Source: an uncultured delta proteobacterium
GTDB lineage: Bacteria > Desulfobacterota > Desulfobaccia > Desulfobaccales > 0-14-0-80-60-11
Reading direction: 5' to 3'
Assembly: GCA_963812015.1 (NCBI GenBank)
Contig: CAWETI010000002.1
Coordinates: forward strand, 1,216,001 to 1,280,000
DNA: 64,000 bases
The position numbers and the translations under genes are program-made. Shown here one piece after another: positions 1 to 10,477 of this stretch (within the stretch, counting starts at the first letter, position 1; the number at the start of each line of letters is the position of its first letter). The notes under the pieces were generated by a model, which was not told the DNA's origin, did not search any database, and worked only from the letters and a program-made list of their open reading frames with translations.

Positions 1-135
<135 letters not shown>

Positions 136-228
136 TCAGTATTCAGTAGTCAGTTTGAGGCATCTAAACGTTATCAGCGCTTTCCAGCGACACGTGAAGC
201 ACCTTGTCACTGGCCACCGGCCACTGTT

Positions 229-993
229 TTACTTACTTGCCTCCAGGGCTTTGATCCGTCCCAGGGCCTGCTGGAGCAGGGCGGCGTCCGCTTCGGGATT
301 GCCGCGGTTCAGAAAATTCCGGTAAGCGGCCAGGGCCTCGTACTTCTGCCCCTGCTGTTCCAGGGCCTGGGCTTTGCTGAAGTAAGCCCGGACGTAATCG
401 GGATTCAGTTCAATCACCTTTTCGGCGTCGGCCAGGGCCAACTCCGGCTTTTTCAAGGCCAGATAGGCCAGGCTCCGGTTGTAGAGGACCTCCGGGGTCC
501 CCGGGTGCAGTTTCACGGCCTGGTTATAATCTTTGAGGGCCTCCTGGGCTTTAGCCATATCCAGGTAGGTGTTGCCCCGGTTGTAGTAAATCTGCCAGTC
601 TTTGGGGGCCAACTTGGCTGCCTGGGTATAGTCGGCCAGGGCCTTGTCAAACACCTGCTGGCGGCTGTAGGCCAGGCCGCGGTTGTAATAGACCTCGGGG
701 GAGTCCGGGGCCAGTTCCATGGCCTTGTCAAAATCGCCCACTGCGTCGGCCCACTGGTCCAACTTCATTTCGGCGATGCCCCGGTTGATATAGGCTTCCA
801 CCATCTCCGGGGCCAGCTTCAAAGCCTCGGTAAATTTGGCCGCGGCCAGTGTGGGATTGCCTTGGGCCAGGGCGGCCACGCCTTGCTCAAAGGGGGCTTG
901 GGCGGGGTCCGGTTCCGGCGCCGCCAGGGCGGTTCCCAGCAGCAGGCTCAGCATGGCCAGGGCCAGGGTAATTTTCAAAAGCTTGGTTCTCAT
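229..993 (-). CDS. Secreted tetratricopeptide-repeat protein
   Basis: Signal peptide followed by about 6 TPR repeats (AYINRG, YYNRG, LYNRS). Confidence 0.9.
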   Translation of the reverse strand: MRTKLLKITLALAMLSLLLGTALAAPEPDPAQAPFEQGVAALAQGNPTLAAAKFTEALKLAPEMVEAYINRGIAEMKLDQWADAVGDFDKAMELAPDSPEVYYNRGLAYSRQQVFDKALADYTQAAKLAPKDWQIYYNRGNTYLDMAKAQEALKDYNQAVKLHPGTPEVLYNRSLAYLALKKPELALADAEKVIELNPDYVRAYFSKAQALEQQGQKYEALAAYRNFLNRGNPEADAALLQQALGRIKALEASK

Positions 994-1075
994 CGGGTTA
1001 GTCTACTCCAATCTCTATCCGGTGCGCACGGCGCACCATGAATGCATGATGATGCCAAAATGGGCGGGGCCCATG

Positions 1076-1306
1076 CTAGTCGTCGTAAGGCGGGTTCGGG
1101 TCCCCGGCCCGCGTGGGGGCTGAGATTTTTTCCAGAAACTCCTTTACCTCTCGGAGGGCTTCCCGGGTGGCTTCCCGGGCGGCGACGAAATCGTACATCA
1201 AATTGTTTTCATCGGCTTCGATGTACTCACTATGTTTAATCATCATTTCGGCCCCCTGGAACAGGCGACCCGCAAAAAACATGAAATAGTGCAAATCGTT
1301 GGCCAT
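1076..1306 (-). CDS. Hypothetical protein (76 aa)
   Basis: ORF preceded by purine-rich SD-like sequence; no recognised motif. Confidence 0.5.
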   Translation of the reverse strand: MANDLHYFMFFAGRLFQGAEMMIKHSEYIEADENNLMYDFVAAREATREALREVKEFLEKISAPTRAGDPNPPYDD

Positions 1307-1333
1307 AGTTTCCCTCTGATATCCGCGGGAGTT

Positions 1334-2167
1334 CTAATTCTCTGGTTCCCCCGATCCAATACTATATGTTATAGAGGCTGTGAGGCTCTGCAACTCATTA
1401 ATAAATTGGTTAAATTCTGACGGAGTCTTAAGATATTGAAGAATTGAGTCACTATGGGCAATTTGATTTCTTACGTTTTCAATCAACTTGAAAAAAAGGT
1501 CCCCTTTATGTTTACTTTCAAAAGGTAGCTTAGTTTGTAACATAGGATCACGCTTCAAAATTTCTTTTTTATCAACGAAAGTCGTACACAACAATAATCT
1601 GGTGGGTGTACTATCTTTGTATTTGTCTTTGCACAGCTTCTTTGCCTTTTCAAGGCGTAATGGAGGGAGATATTTAAAATATTGCTCTATTAAAGAATAA
1701 TTTGATAAAAGAAGATCAATGATTTGAGATTCTAATTCCAGAAATAAGGAAAAAAGACAAAGTTTCATTGGCAATTTATCCAAATCTGCATATGTCATTA
1801 CATGAGTTATATCATTGCGACTAAGAACAAAAAAACAATAATGCTTCTCAAATAAAGGTACTAATTAAATAAGAGGAAGCGATGATGAAACTATCATATC
1901 TGGAGATATTGATGTGGCTTTTTCTTTTGCGTTACCTTTTATTGGATTGAAGAAGGCCTCATCATCAAAGATGAGATATCCATAAATATGCTTGGAATCA
2001 CGCACCACACAACACCAATCTTCAATTACATCGAGTTCAGCAAATTGTTCGTTAATACTTTCTAATGATTCATGAGGATAAACATATAACTTGATTCTTT
2101 GAGCTATATCGCTAACACAAAAAGCGTTCGCGATAACCGAATAGTGGGTTAAATTATCATTTTTCAT
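1334..2167 (-). pseudogene. CBS-domain + HEPN (RxxxxH) protein interrupted by one in-frame TAA
   Basis: ORFs 1865..2167 and 1334..1798 share a frame: SLPLI*LVPLFEKHYCFFVLSRNDITHVMTYADLDK (CBS-like), then NVRNQIAH; AT-rich. Confidence 0.7.
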
Positions 2168-2277
2168 TCTTAAATTCCTAAATAAATTCTAGCGTTAAGG
2201 CTTTTTACCTTTTAAAATCATTCAAACTGATTTTTTCATTCCCCCTTTACCAATGAGGCATCTTCAGGTTCAAAAAA

Positions 2278-2298
2278 GGTGGGCAATGCCCACCCTAC
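2278..2298 (-). repeat. GTAG-type REP hairpin GTAGGGTGGGCATTGCCCACC
   Basis: Identical copy at 34398..34418; GTAG foot plus palindrome. Confidence 0.8.
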
Positions 2299-2303
2299 GT
2301 GAC

Positions 2304-2711
2304 TCAAGCGGTGTTTGCTTCCCGGGCCCGATTGAGCCCCTCATCCACAAAGTCCTCGTGGGTGCAGGCCGGGTTGATGCCCGGGCAGGCGGTCTTGGCG
2401 TGCTCCAGTTCATCCGGGTCCACCAGCAGGACCGGGAGAAAGGGCCATTGCCGGCAGATAAAAGGCTTCACCGGGTGCACCCGGCAGAGGTTGCCCGCCA
2501 TCAGGAAGACGCAGACCCCGTCGGCCACGGTGAGGCGGGGGCCCATGGGGGAGGCTTCAACAAAGCGGCGGCAGAACTCCACCACGGGCAGCGACAGGAG
2601 CGCGGCCATGGCCTCGACTTCATCGGGCTTGACAAAGATACCCCCCCGGCCGGAGCAGCAGTCGCCGCACTGTTGGCAGTGGAATACGATTGGCTGTTTG
2701 TCCTGGCTCAT
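2304..2711 (-). CDS. YkgJ-family cysteine-cluster (CxxCxxCC) protein
   Basis: FHCQQCGDCC, CVFL, CRVHPVKPFICRQWPF, CPG motifs. Confidence 0.88.
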   Translation of the reverse strand: MSQDKQPIVFHCQQCGDCCSGRGGIFVKPDEVEAMAALLSLPVVEFCRRFVEASPMGPRLTVADGVCVFLMAGNLCRVHPVKPFICRQWPFLPVLLVDPDELEHAKTACPGINPACTHEDFVDEGLNRAREANTA

Positions 2712-4084
2712 AGGTTCTTCAAGGGAGGCTGGCCGGTGGATTCTATGACGCTGCGCCATAGGGGAGAGTCCAGCTCCACATCCTTGCGTTTGCCCACCGC
2801 CGCCGCGATGGGGATGTGCACGTAGTGGCTGTGCCAGCGGCTCACCAGCATGGCGGTCTTGCCGGCCATGCCGGCGTGGACCGCGTTTTGCCCCAGAAAG
2901 CCGCAGTAGATCCGGTCATTGTAGTTGGCCGGCATGCTGCGGATCAGGTAGCTGGGGTCGATATACTTCAGGTTGATCTCCACATCCCGCTGTTTGAAGT
3001 AATCCTTGATCTCATCCTGGAGAAAGTGCCCGATGTTCCCGGGCTTGATATTGCCCGAGGGGTCGCGTTCCCGGTTTTCCTCGGTGAAATACCGCTCCCC
3101 GGCGCCTTCGGCCACCACGATGAGGGCGTGGCGCCGCTGTTGGAGACGCGTTTCCAGGTTGGCGAGCAGACCGCACTCGCCGTCCAGATCGAAATCCACC
3201 TCGGGGATCAGGACGTAATTGACTTCCCGCAGGGCCAGGGTGGCGGTGGCGGCGATGAAGCCGGAGTACCGCCCCATGAGCTTCACCAGGCCGATGCCGT
3301 TGGGGGAGCCGACGGCTTCGGTGTGGGCCGCATGAATGGCTTCGGTGGCCATCTCCACGGCGCTGTCAAACCCGAAGGACCGGCTCACCAGGGCGATGTC
3401 GTTGTCAATGGTCTTGGGAATGACGATGACGCTGATGCGCAACTCCCGGCGGGTGATCTCCTTGCAGATCTCCGAGGCCGCCTTCAGGGTGCCGTCGCCG
3501 CCGATGAGGAAGAGGATGCGAATATTGATGCGGTCCAGGGCGTCCACGATCTCGCCGATGTCCTGGGGACCCCGGGAGGTGGATAACACCGTGCCTCCGA
3601 AGATATGGATATTGGCCACCACCTCGGGGGTAAGGTCCATCAGGTCATGGCCGTACTTGGGGATAAAGCCCTGGAGGCCGTAGCGCACCCCGTAGATATG
3701 CCGCACCCCGTAAATATGGTAGAGCTCCAGGACGATGGCCCGGATGACATCGTTGGTGCCGGGGCACAGGCCGCCACAGGTGGCGATGGCGCAATGCACC
3801 TTGGGGGGGTCGAAGTAGATGTGGGACCGGGGGCCGGCCATCTCCAGGGTGAGGGGCGTCGCTCCCGGGGCCAGGCTCTCGGCATAGTCCAGGGCGTCAT
3901 GGACCAGGACCCGGTCGGTGTCCGGAACAAAGCTCTTTTCCACGACCCGGCCACGCCGGTCCATCATGGAATATTTCGGGATCGGGCTTTGCACTTTGGG
4001 TGCGCCCAAAGCGGGGATTTCGGTGGGAAAATGTTCAAATTTCATCGGGGATTGCTTTCCTTTGCGCTTTTTCACCATCGCCAC
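2708..4084 (-). CDS. pfkA: ATP-dependent 6-phosphofructokinase
   Basis: TCGGLCPG, GGDGT, PKTIDND, MGRYSG, YIDPSYLIRS motifs; start may be 4045. Confidence 0.92.
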   Translation of the reverse strand: MAMVKKRKGKQSPMKFEHFPTEIPALGAPKVQSPIPKYSMMDRRGRVVEKSFVPDTDRVLVHDALDYAESLAPGATPLTLEMAGPRSHIYFDPPKVHCAIATCGGLCPGTNDVIRAIVLELYHIYGVRHIYGVRYGLQGFIPKYGHDLMDLTPEVVANIHIFGGTVLSTSRGPQDIGEIVDALDRINIRILFLIGGDGTLKAASEICKEITRRELRISVIVIPKTIDNDIALVSRSFGFDSAVEMATEAIHAAHTEAVGSPNGIGLVKLMGRYSGFIAATATLALREVNYVLIPEVDFDLDGECGLLANLETRLQQRRHALIVVAEGAGERYFTEENRERDPSGNIKPGNIGHFLQDEIKDYFKQRDVEINLKYIDPSYLIRSMPANYNDRIYCGFLGQNAVHAGMAGKTAMLVSRWHSHYVHIPIAAAVGKRKDVELDSPLWRSVIESTGQPPLKNL

Positions 4085-4229
4085 ACCGCTCAGTTATGCT
4101 GGCCCGTTGCCAAAGGGTTCCACTGGTTCCGAGCCAGGCCGGCGCCGGCTTACCAAAGGGACGAGGGTAAAACAGGGCTTCGAAAGTTTATCTTAAACCC
4201 TCCCCCCCGGAGAACACAAGAGACAAATC

Positions 4230-5381
4230 TCACCAGGTTTCGGTCATGGCCTCCATCTCATCTTTTAGTTCCCGGGCCATCAACTTTTTGATGGCCTCCC
4301 TGGGGGCGAGATTCTCATAGAGAATTTTATACGAGGCGGTGACCAGGGGCATCTCCACTCCCAGACGCGCCGCCAGGAGATAGACGGCCCGGGAGGTCTT
4401 GACGCCTTCCGCCACCATGGCCATGCCGGCCAGGATCTGGTCCAGGGGGATACCCTGGCCCAATTTCACCCCCACCTGGAAATTGCGGCTCTGGCTGCCG
4501 GTACAGGTGAGGATCAGGTCGCCCAGGCCCGCCAGGCCGGTGAGGGTCATGGGGTTGGCGCCCAGCCGGGTCCCCAGCCGGACCATTTCGGCCAGTCCCC
4601 GGGTGATGAGGGCCGCCCGGGGATTGTCTCCCAGTCCCATGCCAGAAAGTATGCCGGTGCCGATGGCAAAGATATTTTTCAGGGCGCCCCCCAACTCCAC
4701 GCCGGTGACATCGTGGGAAGTGTAGACCCGGAAAGAGGGGGCGGAAAAGCGCTTCTGGAGCGAGTGGGCGATCTCCCGCCGCCGGGAGGCCACGGTCACC
4801 GCGGTGGGCTGCTTCTGGGCCACTTCCCGGGCGAAACTGGGCCCGGCCAGCACCGCGTAAGGAAGTTCCGCCCCCATTTCCTCCCGGGCCACCCCTTCCA
4901 TGGACAGCAGCGAGTCGATCTCCATGCCCTTGGTGGCGCTGACCAGGACCATCCCCGGGGCCCAATGGGCTTTCAGGTCCCGCAAGACCTGGCGGAACAC
5001 GTGGGAGGGAACCACCATCAGGACCACCGCGGCATCCCTCAGGGCCACCGGGAATTCGGCGGTGAAGGTGAGCCGGGAGGAGAGCCGCACTCCGGGGAGA
5101 AAGGTGTGATTGATCCGGTCCCGGCGCAGGCCTGCCAAGACGTCCGGTTCCCGGACCCAGAGGCGGACGTCCTGGCCTTTTTCGGCCAGGAGCTGCGCCA
5201 GGGTGGTGCCCCAACTGCCGGCGCCGATCACCGCAATGGGCTGGTGAATTTGCGCAGCATGCGGGTTGCCTTCACCCCCGCCCTCCCCCCTCGAGGGGGA
5301 GGGGGAGGAGGCCTGAGCTTCTTTTATGCCCTTAGGAAAAGTCTCAGGTGAGTCCAAGATCGGCCTCGGGGTCGCCGTCAT
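4230..5381 (-). CDS. gpsA: NAD(P)H-dependent glycerol-3-phosphate dehydrogenase with repeat-derived N-terminal extension
   Basis: [34 protein letters not shown] motifs. Confidence 0.95.
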   Translation of the reverse strand: MTATPRPILDSPETFPKGIKEAQASSPSPSRGEGGGEGNPHAAQIHQPIAVIGAGSWGTTLAQLLAEKGQDVRLWVREPDVLAGLRRDRINHTFLPGVRLSSRLTFTAEFPVALRDAAVVLMVVPSHVFRQVLRDLKAHWAPGMVLVSATKGMEIDSLLSMEGVAREEMGAELPYAVLAGPSFAREVAQKQPTAVTVASRRREIAHSLQKRFSAPSFRVYTSHDVTGVELGGALKNIFAIGTGILSGMGLGDNPRAALITRGLAEMVRLGTRLGANPMTLTGLAGLGDLILTCTGSQSRNFQVGVKLGQGIPLDQILAGMAMVAEGVKTSRAVYLLAARLGVEMPLVTASYKILYENLAPREAIKKLMARELKDEMEAMTETW

Positions 5382-7851
5382 CGCTTTTTTCCGCCACCTT
5401 GGCCAGGCTCACCACCCGTTCTTCGGATTCCAGGTCCATGAGTTTGACTCCCTGGGTGACCCGGCCGATCAAAGAGACGCCTTTGGCGATCATGCGCAGG
5501 ATCTTGCCGCCATCGGTGACCAGCATGATTTCATCGTCTTCGTTCACCTGGAGGATGGCCATGATGGGGCCGTTGCGATCGGTGATGTTCAGGCCCCGGA
5601 CCCCCAGGCCCCCCCGGTGATGCTGGGGATACTTCTTCGGGTCGGTGCGCTTGCCGAAGCCCCGCTCCGTCACCGTGAGGATGGTGCCGGCGGGACGCAG
5701 CACTTCCATGCCCACCACCCGGTCATCCGGAGCTACCTCCATACCCTTGACGCCCCGGGCGGTCCGGCCCATGTCCCGCACTTCCGCGGTGGGGAAGCGA
5801 ATGATCTTGCCCTGTCTAGTGCCGATGACGATGCTCTGGTCCGGCTCACTCAGGGCGGCGCTCACCAGTTCATCCTCGGGGTCCAGGCTCAGGGCGATGA
5901 TCCCGCCGGTCCGGGGCCGCTGGAAGTTCATCAGGTCGGTTTTCTTAATGATGCCCCGTTGCGTGGCCATCACCAGAGAGGGTCCCGGGGTGAATTCCCG
6001 CACCGGCAGGATGGTGGCCAGCTTTTCGCCCTCGCCCAACTGCAGCAGGTTGACGATGGCCTTGCCCTGGGCCGTGGGCGAGCCGATGGGAATCTCGTGG
6101 ACCTTGAGCCAGAACACCCGGCCCTTGTTGGTGAACACCAGAAAATAGCTGTGGGTGGAGGCGATATAGAGCTGGGAAACGAAATCGTTTTCCCGGGTGA
6201 TCATGCCCATACGGCCCTTGCCGCCCCGGCGCTGGCTGCGGTAGATGGTCAGGGGGGTGCGCTTGATGTAACTCCGGTGGCTGATGGTCACCACCATGTC
6301 TTCATCGGCGATGAGGTCTTCGGCGGTGAATTCCTGGGCCTGGGGCACGATTTCGGTGCGGCGGCCGTCGCCGTAGCGTTCCTTGAGCTCGGTCAACTCC
6401 TGGACGATGAGGGCCTTGACCTGGGCCTCTTCCGCCAGAATCAGGCGCAGGCGCTGGATGGCGGCCCTGACCTCTTCGGCCTCATTAATGATCTTCTGAC
6501 GTTCCAGGCCGGTGAGGCGCTGCAGCCGCATCTCCAGGATGGCCTGGGCCTGGGTCTCGGAGAGGGCGTAGCGGCTGCGGGTTTCTTCCAGGGTGGCCTC
6601 AGGCTCGGCTTTCAGGATGAACAGCCCGGCCATCAATTGCTGTTTGGCCTCGGGAGGGGTGGCCGCGGCCCGAATCATGGCGATGACCTGGTCCAGCCAG
6701 TCCAGGGCGATGAGGAAGCCTTCCAGGATGTGGGCCCGGGCCTCCGCCTGCTTCAACTCATAGCGGGTGCGCCGGAGGATCACCTCCCGGCGGTGCTCCA
6801 GAAAATGGTGCAGCAGGTCCTTGAGACTGAGGATCTCCGGCCGGTTGTGGACGATGGCCACCAGGTTGATCCCGAAGGTAACCTGCATGTTGGTGTGGAT
6901 ATACAACTGGTTCAGGATGGGTTGAGGCAACTCATCCTTCTTGAGCATGATGGATACCCGGAGTCCTTCCCGGTCCGACTCGTCCCGGATGTCGGCAATG
7001 CCTTCAATCTTCTTGTCTTTCACCAGTTCGGCGATGCGCTCGATGAGCCGGGCCTTATTCACCTGGTAGGGCAGCTCCCGGATGATCAGGCTATCCCGGC
7101 CGCCCTTGTGCTCGACGCTCACCTTGGCCCGAATGCGGATGAGGCCCCGGCCGGTGCGGTAAGCTTCGGCGATGCCCTCGGCCCCGTAGATAAAGCCGCC
7201 GGTGGGAAAATCAGGCCCCGGGATCATGGTCATCAGTTCTTCCAGGGTGATGTCCGGGTTGTTCAGGGTGGCCAGGAGGGCGTCGCAGACTTCGTCCAGG
7301 CTGTGGGGCGGGATGTTGGTGGCCATGCCCACCGCGATGCCCGAGGAGCCGTTGATTAGGAGGTTGGGCAGGCGAGTGGGCATCACCAGGGGCTCTTTCA
7401 GGGAGCCGTCGTAGTTGCCCACGAAGTCCACCGTGTCTTTCTCCAGGTCCTGGAGGAGCTCGTGCGCCAGCCGGGTGAGACGCACCTCGGTGTAACGCAT
7501 GGCCGCGGGGGAGTCGCCGTCGATGGAGCCGAAGTTGCCCTGGCCGTCCACCAGGGGGTAGCGCAGGGAAAAGTCCTGGGCCATGCGCACCATGGCGTCA
7601 TAGACCGCGGTGTCGCCGTGGGGGTGGTATTTACCGATGACATCCCCGACGATGCGGGCGCTCTTGCGGTAGGGCCGGTTCCAGTCGTTGCCGCCTTCGC
7701 TCATGGCGAACAGTATCCGGCGGTGCACGGGTTTGAGCCCGTCCCGCACGTCGGGCAACGCCCGGCCGATAATGACGCTCAAGGCGTATTCCAGGTAGGA
7801 CTTCTGGATTTCATCTTCAATGTTGATCGGTACGGCGCGGGTTTCCATCAT
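5344..7851 (-). CDS. gyrA: DNA gyrase subunit A
   Basis: YHPHGD, AAMRYTE catalytic Tyr, GyrA box QRRGGKG. Confidence 0.98.
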   Translation of the reverse strand: MMETRAVPINIEDEIQKSYLEYALSVIIGRALPDVRDGLKPVHRRILFAMSEGGNDWNRPYRKSARIVGDVIGKYHPHGDTAVYDAMVRMAQDFSLRYPLVDGQGNFGSIDGDSPAAMRYTEVRLTRLAHELLQDLEKDTVDFVGNYDGSLKEPLVMPTRLPNLLINGSSGIAVGMATNIPPHSLDEVCDALLATLNNPDITLEELMTMIPGPDFPTGGFIYGAEGIAEAYRTGRGLIRIRAKVSVEHKGGRDSLIIRELPYQVNKARLIERIAELVKDKKIEGIADIRDESDREGLRVSIMLKKDELPQPILNQLYIHTNMQVTFGINLVAIVHNRPEILSLKDLLHHFLEHRREVILRRTRYELKQAEARAHILEGFLIALDWLDQVIAMIRAAATPPEAKQQLMAGLFILKAEPEATLEETRSRYALSETQAQAILEMRLQRLTGLERQKIINEAEEVRAAIQRLRLILAEEAQVKALIVQELTELKERYGDGRRTEIVPQAQEFTAEDLIADEDMVVTISHRSYIKRTPLTIYRSQRRGGKGRMGMITRENDFVSQLYIASTHSYFLVFTNKGRVFWLKVHEIPIGSPTAQGKAIVNLLQLGEGEKLATILPVREFTPGPSLVMATQRGIIKKTDLMNFQRPRTGGIIALSLDPEDELVSAALSEPDQSIVIGTRQGKIIRFPTAEVRDMGRTARGVKGMEVAPDDRVVGMEVLRPAGTILTVTERGFGKRTDPKKYPQHHRGGLGVRGLNITDRNGPIMAILQVNEDDEIMLVTDGGKILRMIAKGVSLIGRVTQGVKLMDLESEERVVSLAKVAEKSDDGDPEADLGLT

Positions 7852-7918
7852 AGTGAATAGGCTCGGCTGTTTATTTGAAGGGTCCAGGGTTAATTACCTA
7901 CTGTAAATCGATTATTTA

Positions 7919-8125
7919 TTACAGGTCCCTTTCATCAAGACCTGCTATTTTCATAAGATGATTAAGAAGTCCAGCTTTCAACAAAGCATTACTATGAATG
8001 GGTACCGAAAGCCTTACGATGCTGCCGGGTTTCCCATAAATATGGTGACTTCCACTTACCCGTAACAATTTCCAGCCGTGTCTTTCAAGGGATTTTGCAA
8101 ACTCCTTGCCGGAAATGGATTTCAT
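7919..8125 (-). CDS. hicA: HicA-family toxin
   Basis: GWKLLRVSGSHHIY...SVPIH signature. Confidence 0.9.
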   Translation of the reverse strand: MKSISGKEFAKSLERHGWKLLRVSGSHHIYGKPGSIVRLSVPIHSNALLKAGLLNHLMKIAGLDERDL

Positions 8126-8319
8126 ATGGCGATTTCAAACACCCGGCCATCAGGCTTTGGTTCATCTAAGTCCACCGAGAGGCACCCCTCCACAGCCTCG
8201 TAGAGGTTTTTCAGCAGTTCTTCGAAAGTCTCCCCCTGGGTAGCGCAGCCTGGGATAGCCGGCACCTCGGCCCAATAACCCCCTTCTTCCGCTTCATGGA
8301 CTATGACTTTAATTTTCAT
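8122..8319 (-). CDS. hicB: HicB-family antitoxin (short)
   Basis: EEGGYWAEVPAIPGCATQGETFEE; overlaps hicA start. Confidence 0.9.
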   Translation of the reverse strand: MKIKVIVHEAEEGGYWAEVPAIPGCATQGETFEELLKNLYEAVEGCLSVDLDEPKPDGRVFEIAI

Positions 8320-8329
8320 ATGAAAAATC

Positions 8330-8752
8330 CTATAATATTTTTTCAGTTTCTGGTGCCTGAATCACAGAGCCAATCATGTGATCAAACCATCCATGTCCGA
8401 TCTTCAAGATGTACTCTGGAGCACCACCTGCTCTGACTGACATTGAACCTGGCTTGTCGTCTCTCATAAACTCAATATCGAGAGGCAATCCGCCCTCGTG
8501 AACCAACTGACAACGTAGCCATTTGTATAAAATGTGTTCAATGGAGTGACACTCACCTCGATACTCGACACTCAACCTGACTGAATGAGCGTCACGTAAG
8601 AATTGCTCAAAACACTCACGGTCTTTCATCTTTGGATATCATAGACGCGCAGTAGCGGCTACTGCGATTAGTGCGGAAAGAAAGGCTCCCTCCTTGCGCC
8701 CGTTCTTCCAAAGCAAAAGAGCGTCATCGATACGATTGCGAATACCTAACAT
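8330..8752 (-). pseudogene. Small RxxxxH (HEPN-like) protein interrupted by one in-frame TGA
   Basis: MLGIRNRIDDALLLWKNGRKEGAFLSALIAVAATARL*YPKMKDRECF...LYKWLRCQLVHEG; TGA at 8639..8641. Confidence 0.65.
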
Positions 8753-8803
8753 GGCTCGTGATGTACAAAGGCTAACATTCTCTTGTATGCCTGTTCCTTC
8801 CGG

Positions 8804-9109
8804 TTAAGCGGAATAAACGACCTCTTTGGTCGTTAAGATTTCATGACGCCGAAATGGATTACGGATGGCATCCTTCTCGACCAGATCGACCCCCCGACCG
8901 AAAATTTCGGCAAGCTCGTCCAATATCTCCACTCGGTTATCAAACGTGATTCCTCCACCTGGCTCGAAACTCACCAGAACATCCACATCACTATCAGGCC
9001 GAAAATCTTCCCGCAGGACCGACCCGAACAGGGCAAACTCTTTAATCCGCCAGCGGCGGCAGAAGTCTTCGATCTGCTTTAACGGAATTTGTATTTTGGT
9101 TTGGGGCAT
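8804..9109 (-). CDS. Minimal nucleotidyltransferase (MNT/MntA-like antitoxin)
   Basis: LFGSVLREDFRPDSDVDVLV and VDLV motifs. Confidence 0.9.
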   Translation of the reverse strand: MPQTKIQIPLKQIEDFCRRWRIKEFALFGSVLREDFRPDSDVDVLVSFEPGGGITFDNRVEILDELAEIFGRGVDLVEKDAIRNPFRRHEILTTKEVVYSA

Positions 9110-9149
9110 GATTTTCTCGATACTTTCTATCTCAGTTCGCAACTAACAG

Positions 9150-9199
9150 GTGGCGCAGGCGTCTCGCCTGTGCAGGCGCAGGCTGAAGCCTGCGGCTAC
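9150..9199. repeat. REP doublet (REPIN-like)
   Basis: GTGGCGCAGGCGTCTCGCCTGTGC followed by CGCAGGCTGAAGCCTGCGGCTAC (GTAG foot on minus strand). Confidence 0.65.
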
Positions 9200-9208
9200 A
9201 AAAAATCA

Positions 9209-9358
9209 TTAGCAGCCCAGGCAACCATCTAAGGCTTCGTAGAGGTTTTTCAGCAGTTCTTTAAAAGTTTCCCCTTGGGTGGCGCAGCCGGGGATAGCCG
9301 GCACCTCGGCCCAATAACCCCCTTCTTCCGCTTCATGGACTATGACTTTAATTTTCAT
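9209..9358 (-). CDS. hicB: Second, truncated HicB copy (49 aa; not in ORF track)
   Basis: MKIKVIVHEAEEGGYWAEVPAIPGCATQGETFKELLKNLYEALDGCLGC*; near-identical DNA to 8195..8319. Confidence 0.8.
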   Translation of the reverse strand: MKIKVIVHEAEEGGYWAEVPAIPGCATQGETFKELLKNLYEALDGCLGC

Positions 9359-9370
9359 GGCTTTAACACC

Positions 9371-10477
9371 CTACGGGTTTATGGTCGTCTGATAGACAAA
9401 CTGCCCCTGCTCCACCTTGATGATCGTCACTCCTTTGATGGGGTTGTGGTTCGGGCCCATGGTGGTGGTCCCGGTGACCCCGGCAAAGTTTTGGGTGGCG
9501 GCCAGGGCCTGGGCCACCTTGGCCCCGTCGGCGCCGCCGGCCCGATGCATGGCCGCGGTCAGGAGAAAATAGCTGTCGCCGCCCAGGGCAGAGAACCCAT
9601 CCACCGGCTTATGGTAGGCGGCTTCATAGGCCTGCATGAACCTTTTGCCCAAATCCGTATTAATCCCTTGCCGGTGAAAGTGGGCGGTGAAATACATGCC
9701 GTCCACCGCCGGGCCGCCGATGGTCAGCAGTTCGGGCACCTGGGCTCCGTCACCGGTGAGGATGGGGATTTTCAGCCCCAGATCCTGGACCTGTTTGGCC
9801 AACAGCGCATCCTCGGCATAATAATTGGGCGCATAAATCAGGTCAGGATTGGCCCCTTTCAGGGCGGAAATCTGGGCGGTAAAATCCTGGTCGCCGGTCT
9901 GGATATAACTGGTGGCCACAATCCGGCCACCCCGGCGCTGGAATTCCTCCTTGAAAAAATTGGCCAGCCCGACACAGTAATCCTGGGCCTGGTCGATGAG
10001 CAGCGCCACCTTCCGAGCCTTGAGGTCTTCCCAGGCAAACCGGGCCGCGATCCGGCCCTGGAGACCGTCCTCAAAACAGGCCCTAAAGGCGTATTGGCGG
10101 TTCTGGGTCACCAGGGGGCTGGTGGCGGTGGGAGAGATATTGGGAATGCCGGCCCGCTCGGCAATGGGTACGCCCGCCAGGGTGTCGCTGCTGATCACTT
10201 CGCCGATGATGACCGCCACCCGGTCTTTCTCAATGAGGCGGCTCACGGCGTTGGCCGCTTCGATCCGGTCGCTCCGGGTGTCCACCAGGATCAGCTTGAC
10301 GGGCTGCCCCAACACCTGGGGCTGGAGCTTATGCGCCACCTGGACCCCTTCCCAGACCATCTGGCCCATGGCCGCCGCCGAGCCGGTCATGGGCAGATAT
10401 AAGCCGATCTTGATGTCCGCCGCGGCCGGGGCCGTCAACCAGAGCAGGATGCCGGCGATGAGTAACAAGCGTTTTAT
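9371..10477 (-). CDS. Branched-chain amino acid ABC substrate-binding protein (LivJ/K-like)
   Basis: Signal peptide, IKIGLYLPMTG, GDQDFTAQISALK; no permease genes adjacent; start uncertain (ATA 10477 or TTG 10468). Confidence 0.88.
   Translation of the reverse strand: MKRLLLIAGILLWLTAPAAADIKIGLYLPMTGSAAAMGQMVWEGVQVAHKLQPQVLGQPVKLILVDTRSDRIEAANAVSRLIEKDRVAVIIGEVISSDTLAGVPIAERAGIPNISPTATSPLVTQNRQYAFRACFEDGLQGRIAARFAWEDLKARKVALLIDQAQDYCVGLANFFKEEFQRRGGRIVATSYIQTGDQDFTAQISALKGANPDLIYAPNYYAEDALLAKQVQDLGLKIPILTGDGAQVPELLTIGGPAVDGMYFTAHFHRQGINTDLGKRFMQAYEAAYHKPVDGFSALGGDSYFLLTAAMHRAGGADGAKVAQALAATQNFAGVTGTTTMGPNHNPIKGVTIIKVEQGQFVYQTTINP

Noticed and set aside
5326..7359. 677-aa plus-strand ORF and many similar long antisense ORFs (e.g. 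22954..24300, 9275..10402, 62918..63943)
   Set aside because: Antisense shadows of GC-rich genes (gyrA, helicase, binding protein, mutS) with no motifs of their own.
1865..8641. Stop-codon reassignment or selenocysteine readthrough to explain the two interrupted RxxxxH genes
   Set aside because: The stops differ (TAA and TGA), both terminate normal genes in this window, and I see no SECIS-like context; simple nonsense mutations are more likely.
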